Shown here piece by piece: positions 26,969 to 32,000 of a stretch of DNA of 32,000 nt. The position numbers were made by a program, and so were the translations under genes. Within the stretch, counting starts at the first letter, position 1. The number at the start of each line of letters is the position of its first letter. Source of the stretch: Aeropyrum pernix K1 (GTDB lineage: Archaea > Thermoproteota > Thermoprotei_A > Sulfolobales > Acidilobaceae); contig NC_000854.2 in NCBI RefSeq assembly GCF_000011125.1, forward strand, positions 150,001 to 182,000. Reading direction: 5' to 3'. Under the pieces are notes generated by a model. That model ran no database searches. It saw only the letters and a list, made by a program, of their open reading frames with translations, and was not told where the DNA came from.

Positions 26969-28026
26969 GCCTCAGCACCCCTGACCTGAAGCAGCTCCTC
27001 AGGGCTCAGCTTACGTATGTCTATACCCATCATACTCTTGGCCTCGCTCACCATCCTCTGGGCCTCGGCCACAGCCTCGGGGTCGTCCCACATGCTTGTG
27101 GCCAACACTATGGCAGCCGCCCTCTCACTCGGGTCGGAACTCTTGAAAATCCCGCTGCCCACGAAAACGCCGTCAGCTCCTAGCCACATCATTAGAGCGG
27201 CGTCTGCGGGTGTGGCTATGCCTCCAGCAGCAAAGTTAACGACGGGAAGTCTTCCCAACCGTGCCGTGAGGTCTACAAGCTGGTGGGGGACGCCGTACTC
27301 CCTAGCCACCCTAAGCCTTTCCTCTGCTGAGAGGCCACGGAGCCTCCATATGTCGCCCATGATAAGCTTCATGTGCCTCACGGCCTCGGCTACGTTGCCG
27401 GTCCCAGCCTCACCCTTAGTCCTTATCATTGAGGCACCCTCGGCTATCCTCCTAAGAGCCTCAGCAAGGCTCCTAGCGCCATTTACGAAGGGTACTTTGA
27501 AGAGCCACTTGTTTATGTGGTGCTTCTCGTCCACCGGGGTGAGGACCTCGCTCTCGTCTATCATGTCAACGCCTATAGACTCTAGTATCATAGCCTCGTA
27601 GTAGTGGCCTATCCTGACTTTTGCCATGACCGGTATAGTTATGCTGGACATGACCTGCTCTATCACCTTAACGTCAGCCATTCTAGCAACGCCGCCGGCC
27701 TTCCTGACGTCGTACGGTAGCTTGTCGAGAACCATTACAGCGACGGCGCCAGCGTCCTCAGCTATACCGGCCTGCTCGACGTTCGTTACGTCCATAACAA
27801 CGCCGCCCTTCTGGTAAATGGGGAACCCGAGCTTCACGGCAACAGTACCGTTCACAGGCTTCTCGAGAGCCTCAGGGAGCTTCTCTGGCCCGTAAGCCAG
27901 CCATACTCCCTCCTCCCTGAGCTTATCCCCCGCTTCCGCGAGCCGGTAGAAGAAGTCGACTATCTCGTTAAACCCCACCTCATAAAGCCTTACAGAGTCG
28001 CTAAAGGGACTATACTTTGGAATCAA
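26965..28026 (-). CDS. pdxS: Pyridoxal 5'-phosphate synthase subunit PdxS
   Basis: [57 protein letters not shown]; 4-nt overlap with pdxT. Confidence 0.96.
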   Translation of the reverse strand: MIPKYSPFSDSVRLYEVGFNEIVDFFYRLAEAGDKLREEGVWLAYGPEKLPEALEKPVNGTVAVKLGFPIYQKGGVVMDVTNVEQAGIAEDAGAVAVMVLDKLPYDVRKAGGVARMADVKVIEQVMSSITIPVMAKVRIGHYYEAMILESIGVDMIDESEVLTPVDEKHHINKWLFKVPFVNGARSLAEALRRIAEGASMIRTKGEAGTGNVAEAVRHMKLIMGDIWRLRGLSAEERLRVAREYGVPHQLVDLTARLGRLPVVNFAAGGIATPADAALMMWLGADGVFVGSGIFKSSDPSERAAAIVLATSMWDDPEAVAEAQRMVSEAKSMMGIDIRKLSPEELLQVRGAEA

Positions 28027-28124
28027 GCCTCTACACCGCCCCCCGCTATAGCCTCCGTCTATTATAATATTGTCGGTATTGTGGGTTTATAGCTAAAGCC
28101 TGTGTGACCCTGGCTGCAAGCCCG

Positions 28125-28988
28125 CTAAACTATGTCATCCCTCCTAAGCTCCACCGCCTTCTTCAACACGCCAGACTCTCGGGCCAGCCTGTATAAGGTG
28201 CGGTGGGCCTCTACTCCATCATCACCCATATCCATAGTCCTCTCGTTCACGTACATCTTTATAAAACGGGCCACAAGTTCCCTATCCTTAACCCTGCTAT
28301 ATCGCATGGCATAATCGAGAGCCTCGTCGAAGTGCTGATAAGCGTATTCGATGCTCAACCTAAGCGCGTCTCTAAACGCCTCTGCGGCGCCACGGCCCAG
28401 CCTCCTGCTGAAAACGTCTACACCGAGAGGCATGGGCAGGCCTCCTGTAACCCGGGCCCACCAGTCCCAAAGGTCGAGAACTACAGTTAAGCCCCTCCTC
28501 GAGTATGCAATCTGCTCCTCGTGTATGAGAAGACCGGCGTCCACTCTCCCATCCTCCACCATGGCTGGTATCTCATCGAACCTAGCGTAGACAGGAGTAA
28601 ACCTGCCTCGGAGCGCTATAGTCAGTATTAGACCTGCGGTAGTGTATCTGCCGGGGACCGCTATCCGCGAGCCCTCGAGCCTGACACTCTCACTCTTGGA
28701 AACCACGACGGGGCCGTAGCCCTCCCCCATGCTAGCCCCGGTTCTGAGGAGGAAGTACCTATCCACTATGTAGGCGTAGGCATGGGCGCTGACCGCGCTG
28801 GCGTCTACATCCCTCCCCTCTTCCACAAGCCATCTGTTAAGAGTCTCTATATCCTCTATCACATGCCTGACCCCCCGGAACCCCCTAATCTCTACAGCAC
28901 CCGCCACAATACCGTAGAACATGAAAGCGTCGTCGGCGTCGGGAGTATGAGCTATAGTCAGAATTCCACCCTCACCCAACCACTGCAC
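28125..28988 (-). CDS. mqnD: MqnD-like periplasmic-binding-fold enzyme of the futalosine menaquinone pathway
   Basis: AHTPDADDAFMFYGIV motif plus linkage to mqnC/mqnE genes. Confidence 0.7.
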   Translation of the reverse strand: MQWLGEGGILTIAHTPDADDAFMFYGIVAGAVEIRGFRGVRHVIEDIETLNRWLVEEGRDVDASAVSAHAYAYIVDRYFLLRTGASMGEGYGPVVVSKSESVRLEGSRIAVPGRYTTAGLILTIALRGRFTPVYARFDEIPAMVEDGRVDAGLLIHEEQIAYSRRGLTVVLDLWDWWARVTGGLPMPLGVDVFSRRLGRGAAEAFRDALRLSIEYAYQHFDEALDYAMRYSRVKDRELVARFIKMYVNERTMDMGDDGVEAHRTLYRLARESGVLKKAVELRRDDIV

Positions 28989-29074
28989 CCACGACTAACA
29001 GGATGAAGTGTAGGGTGTATAACCGCTGGTTCCCCCCCAGCCCACGCTGACCCCGCAGGCGGGCCAGAGTTTAA

Positions 29075-29082
29075 TTTTAAGC
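29075..29082 (+). promoter_or_regulatory. Candidate TATA box (ttttaagc) for the mqn operon
   Basis: AT-rich box between divergent genes, about 50 nt before the TTG start at 29131. Confidence 0.5.
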
Positions 29083-29130
29083 TAATATCCCCCTGAGCCA
29101 TACAGCTTTACGAGCGGGTGTGTATCATAG

Positions 29131-30279
29131 TTGTCAAAACTCGCTGGCATAGCTGAAGATAGTGTTTTGGAGAGGATTCTGGATAGCGCTGACGAGCTCG
29201 GCTTAGGTGATACCCTGCACAGAGCCCTCGAGGGGAGGGCTTCAGCTCGCGACATTGTGGAGCTATACAGCGCCCCAGCTCCCCTCTTAGGCGCTGTAGC
29301 CCGGAGGGTAACCGATCTCCTAACTGGCAGGAGGGTTGGCTACATAGTTAACATGATTATGAACTATACTAACATATGCGTGGTAGGCTGCACTTTCTGC
29401 AGCTTCTACAGGAAGCCTAAGCATCCCGAGGCCTACAAGCTGGAGGCTAGGGAGGCGGCAGCCCAGGTAGTCGAGGCGTGGAGGAAATACAGGATAAGGC
29501 AGGTCCTCTTCCAGGGCGGCGTCGACCCAGCAATACCAATAGAGTATTATGAAGAGGCTTTCAGGGCGATCAAATCAGAGACGGGAGGGGAGGTGGCGAT
29601 ACACGGCCTCAGCGTTGTTGAGATAGAGTGGCTCTCGAAGGTCAGCAGGATGAGTGTAGGAGAGGTTGTTGAGAGGCTGAGGGATGCTGGTATGGACAGC
29701 GTGCCTGGTGCTGGGGCCGAGATACTGAGCGACAGGGTCAGGAGGATTATAAGCCCGCTTAAAAGCAGCGCGGACACGTGGATCAGGACGATGGAGACTA
29801 TTATGGAGAAGGGGCTGCCTATAAGCGCTACAATGGTCTACGGCCACGTGGAAACCCTGGAAGAGAGGGCGGAGCACCTGCTGAAGCTCCTAGAGTTGCA
29901 GAGGAGGAAGGGGAGGATAATGGCTTTCATAGCATGGAACTTCGAGCCCGAGAACAACGAGCTCGGAAGGAAGATCCCGTATCCAGCAGGTGGCACGGAG
30001 CTCCTGAAAACCGTCGCTATAGCGAGGATAGTCTTCAGAGGCGAGATACGGTGGATCCAAGCGGGGTGGCTGACGGCGGGTGTTAAGCTTGGCCAGGCTA
30101 CGCTCGAGTACGGGGCGAACGACTGGGGCGGCACCCTTTATGGCGAGAAGGTCCTCCCAGAGGCGGGGGTGCCGTTGCCAAAGCTCGTCAGGAGGAGTAT
30201 TGAGAGGCTGATATGGGAGGCCGGTTACGAGCCCGTGGAGAGGGACAACTGGTACAGGCCCGTTTCGCCATCGGGCTGA
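29131..30279 (+). CDS. mqnC: Radical SAM enzyme, MqnC (cyclic dehypoxanthinyl futalosine synthase)-like; TTG start
   Basis: CVVGCTFCSFYR (CxxxCxxC), GHVETLEERAEHLLKLLELQ, YGANDWGGTL. Confidence 0.85.
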   Translation: MSKLAGIAEDSVLERILDSADELGLGDTLHRALEGRASARDIVELYSAPAPLLGAVARRVTDLLTGRRVGYIVNMIMNYTNICVVGCTFCSFYRKPKHPEAYKLEAREAAAQVVEAWRKYRIRQVLFQGGVDPAIPIEYYEEAFRAIKSETGGEVAIHGLSVVEIEWLSKVSRMSVGEVVERLRDAGMDSVPGAGAEILSDRVRRIISPLKSSADTWIRTMETIMEKGLPISATMVYGHVETLEERAEHLLKLLELQRRKGRIMAFIAWNFEPENNELGRKIPYPAGGTELLKTVAIARIVFRGEIRWIQAGWLTAGVKLGQATLEYGANDWGGTLYGEKVLPEAGVPLPKLVRRSIERLIWEAGYEPVERDNWYRPVSPSG

Positions 30280-30302
30280 ACTGAGGCGGGGGGTGTGTTA
30301 CA

Positions 30303-31481
30303 GTGGGTTTGATCCCTCCCAAGTGGCTCGAGAGGATGGTTGAGGCCTATAGAGACCCTAGCCTAGAGAGGGCGGTATACGGAGAGGTCCTCACCAGGAG
30401 CGATATTGAGAGGCTGCTCTCCGAGACGCCGCTCCATCCCATGGCCGCCGCTGCAGATTACTATGCCAGGGTCATCAAGAAAGGTGTTGGCAGTTACATA
30501 GTTAACATCTACCTAGCCTACACTAACGTGTGCGTAACTAGATGCACCTTCTGCGATTTCTACGTCCCCCCAGAGAGGAGGAGCAGTGGCTACACGCACC
30601 CTCCTGAGCACCTAGGCCGTGTCGCCGGGCTGGCCCGGAAGAGGCTAGGGGTTAGGGAGGTTCATATGGTGGGAGGTAATGATCCGGAGCTACCCCTAGA
30701 GTATTATGAGGAGGCTATTAGAGAGATAAAGAGGGTGGCGCCGGGCGTCGTTTTAAAGGCTTTTACAGCAGAGGAGATAGGGTTCATAGCGAAGGCTACC
30801 GGAAACACGCCTAAAGAGGTCCTCGCAAGGTTCAGAGAGGCGGGCCTAGACGCTCTCCCCGGAGGAGGAGCCGAGGTTCTGAGCGAGGAGGTGAGGAAGA
30901 GGATAGCGCCTCTAAAGATATCCAGCGATGAGTACCTAGAGATACATAGGCTGGCGCACAGTATGGGTATAAGGAGCAATATAACTCTACTCTACGCTCA
31001 TATAGAGGAGCCTAGACATGTGGCCGAACACCTATACAGGATCAGGAGGCTTCAGGAGGAGACTGGCGGGTTCATAAGCTTCATACCGATCAGGTTCAAC
31101 CCGGGCAAGACGCCCCTATCGAGGCACCCGGAGTATGTTAAGAAGGGTGACAGAGGGGGCCTCTACGATCTGAGGATAGTAGCTGCGAGCAGGCTCGCCC
31201 TCCTTGGCGCCATAGACAATATAATGGCGTACTGGGTTAGCATGGGCGAGAAGCTCGCCCAGGCAGCCCTCTCCCACGGTGCTAACGACATTGGAGGAAC
31301 CTTCTATAACGAGAGCGTCATAAGCGCGGCCAGCAGCCTTAGGAAGAGGAAAGGCATGAGCCCCGCGAGACTCGTGTTTAACATAGCAACAGCCGGGTGG
31401 ACGCCTATGGAGAGGGACACTTTCTACAACTACTACCCTCCAAGAGCCGAGCCTCCCCGGCTCCCCTGGATGCAGGGCTAG
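30303..31481 (+). CDS. mqnE: Radical SAM aminofutalosine synthase, MqnE-like
   Basis: CVTRCTFCDFY, LKAFTAEEI, GHANDIGGT-like HGANDIGGTFYNESV, LYAHIEEPRHVAEHLYRIRRLQEETGGF. Confidence 0.83.
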   Translation: MGLIPPKWLERMVEAYRDPSLERAVYGEVLTRSDIERLLSETPLHPMAAAADYYARVIKKGVGSYIVNIYLAYTNVCVTRCTFCDFYVPPERRSSGYTHPPEHLGRVAGLARKRLGVREVHMVGGNDPELPLEYYEEAIREIKRVAPGVVLKAFTAEEIGFIAKATGNTPKEVLARFREAGLDALPGGGAEVLSEEVRKRIAPLKISSDEYLEIHRLAHSMGIRSNITLLYAHIEEPRHVAEHLYRIRRLQEETGGFISFIPIRFNPGKTPLSRHPEYVKKGDRGGLYDLRIVAASRLALLGAIDNIMAYWVSMGEKLAQAALSHGANDIGGTFYNESVISAASSLRKRKGMSPARLVFNIATAGWTPMERDTFYNYYPPRAEPPRLPWMQG

Positions 31482-31535
31482 AGCTGCCGGGACACCTAGC
31501 CAAGACATTATCTAGGTCTAGGCAGGCTGGTTTGG

Positions 31536-32000
31536 ATGGTCTACGACCTAGCGCTGCCCAGACACTCATACGCCCTACCCCTCATAGATGAGGCCCTCTC
31601 CAGAGGCCTCACTGTAGTGGAGCTACAGCCGCCCGAAGCCTACGATGCCCTAGTCGAGGGCAGGGTTAGAGCGGCCCTCATCCCCCTGGCACTAGCCAGA
31701 GGAGCCAAGATCTGCCCTGGACCGATGGTGTGGAGCCTCTCTGCCACAATGAGCGTCGCAATCTACTCGTTCTCCGTTAGAAGGCTGGATGACTGCGCAG
31801 CCGTGGCTGTTTCAGGCGAGTCGAGGACCTCGCTAGTATACCTCCGTGAAGTTAGGGAGAAGCTGCAAGCCCCTTGGAGTATAGTTCAGGCCGAGAGGGG
31901 TTGTGTCACACTGGAGTGCCTCTTATCCCGTGCAGACTGCGCCCTTCTCCTCGGCGACGAAGCTCTCAGGGCGAGGACAAGGCTTCCTCCTATAGAGGAC
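31536..32000 (+). CDS. mqnA: MqnA-like (chorismate dehydratase) protein, truncated by the window edge
   Basis: Open frame from ATG at 31536 to the end: MVYDLALPRHSYALPLIDEALSRGLTVVELQPPEAYDALVEGRVRAALIPLALA; linked to mqnC/mqnE. Confidence 0.7.
   Translation, partial: MVYDLALPRHSYALPLIDEALSRGLTVVELQPPEAYDALVEGRVRAALIPLALARGAKICPGPMVWSLSATMSVAIYSFSVRRLDDCAAVAVSGESRTSLVYLREVREKLQAPWSIVQAERGCVTLECLLSRADCALLLGDEALRARTRLPPIED

Noticed and set aside
1-32000. CRISPR array, insertion sequence or integrated provirus
   Set aside because: No regularly spaced direct repeats, transposase or integrase motifs were seen; most of the window is ordinary housekeeping gene content.

Overview
This is a compact, GC-rich crenarchaeal chromosomal window, resembling Aeropyrum (inferred from protein character, not searched). 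I see no CRISPR array or insertion sequence. Main content, left to right: an intron-containing tRNA-Pro(CGG) next to a kptA-like gene; an M50 protease, a PfkB-family kinase and an M16 peptidase; rpl2; a three-gene cluster that looks like the archaeal Ced DNA-import system (CedA1-like pilin, CedA-like membrane protein, CedB/HerA/VirB4-like ATPase); a methylisocitrate lyase-like gene; a SPOUT methyltransferase followed by rpl3-rpl4-rpl23; an Mrp/NBP35 ATPase; three consecutive CBS-domain proteins; a ThiL-like gene; uroporphyrinogen-III methyltransferase beside a chlorite dismutase/HemQ-like gene; pdxT-pdxS; and a futalosine menaquinone cluster (mqnD/mqnC/mqnE/mqnA-like). The observations I rate highest are: (1) the Ced-like operon ends 12 nt before rpl2; (2) the N-terminus of the CedA-like protein shares a PIPxSxIKRxxxxLxEDSxxAALxAL signature with the adjacent CedA1-like pilin; (3) an unassigned structured RNA candidate lies at about 26031-26119; (4) nested inverted repeats sit in the rpl3 leader; (5) a tRNA intron with a textbook BHB motif lies next to kptA. 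All family calls come from motif recognition without any database search.
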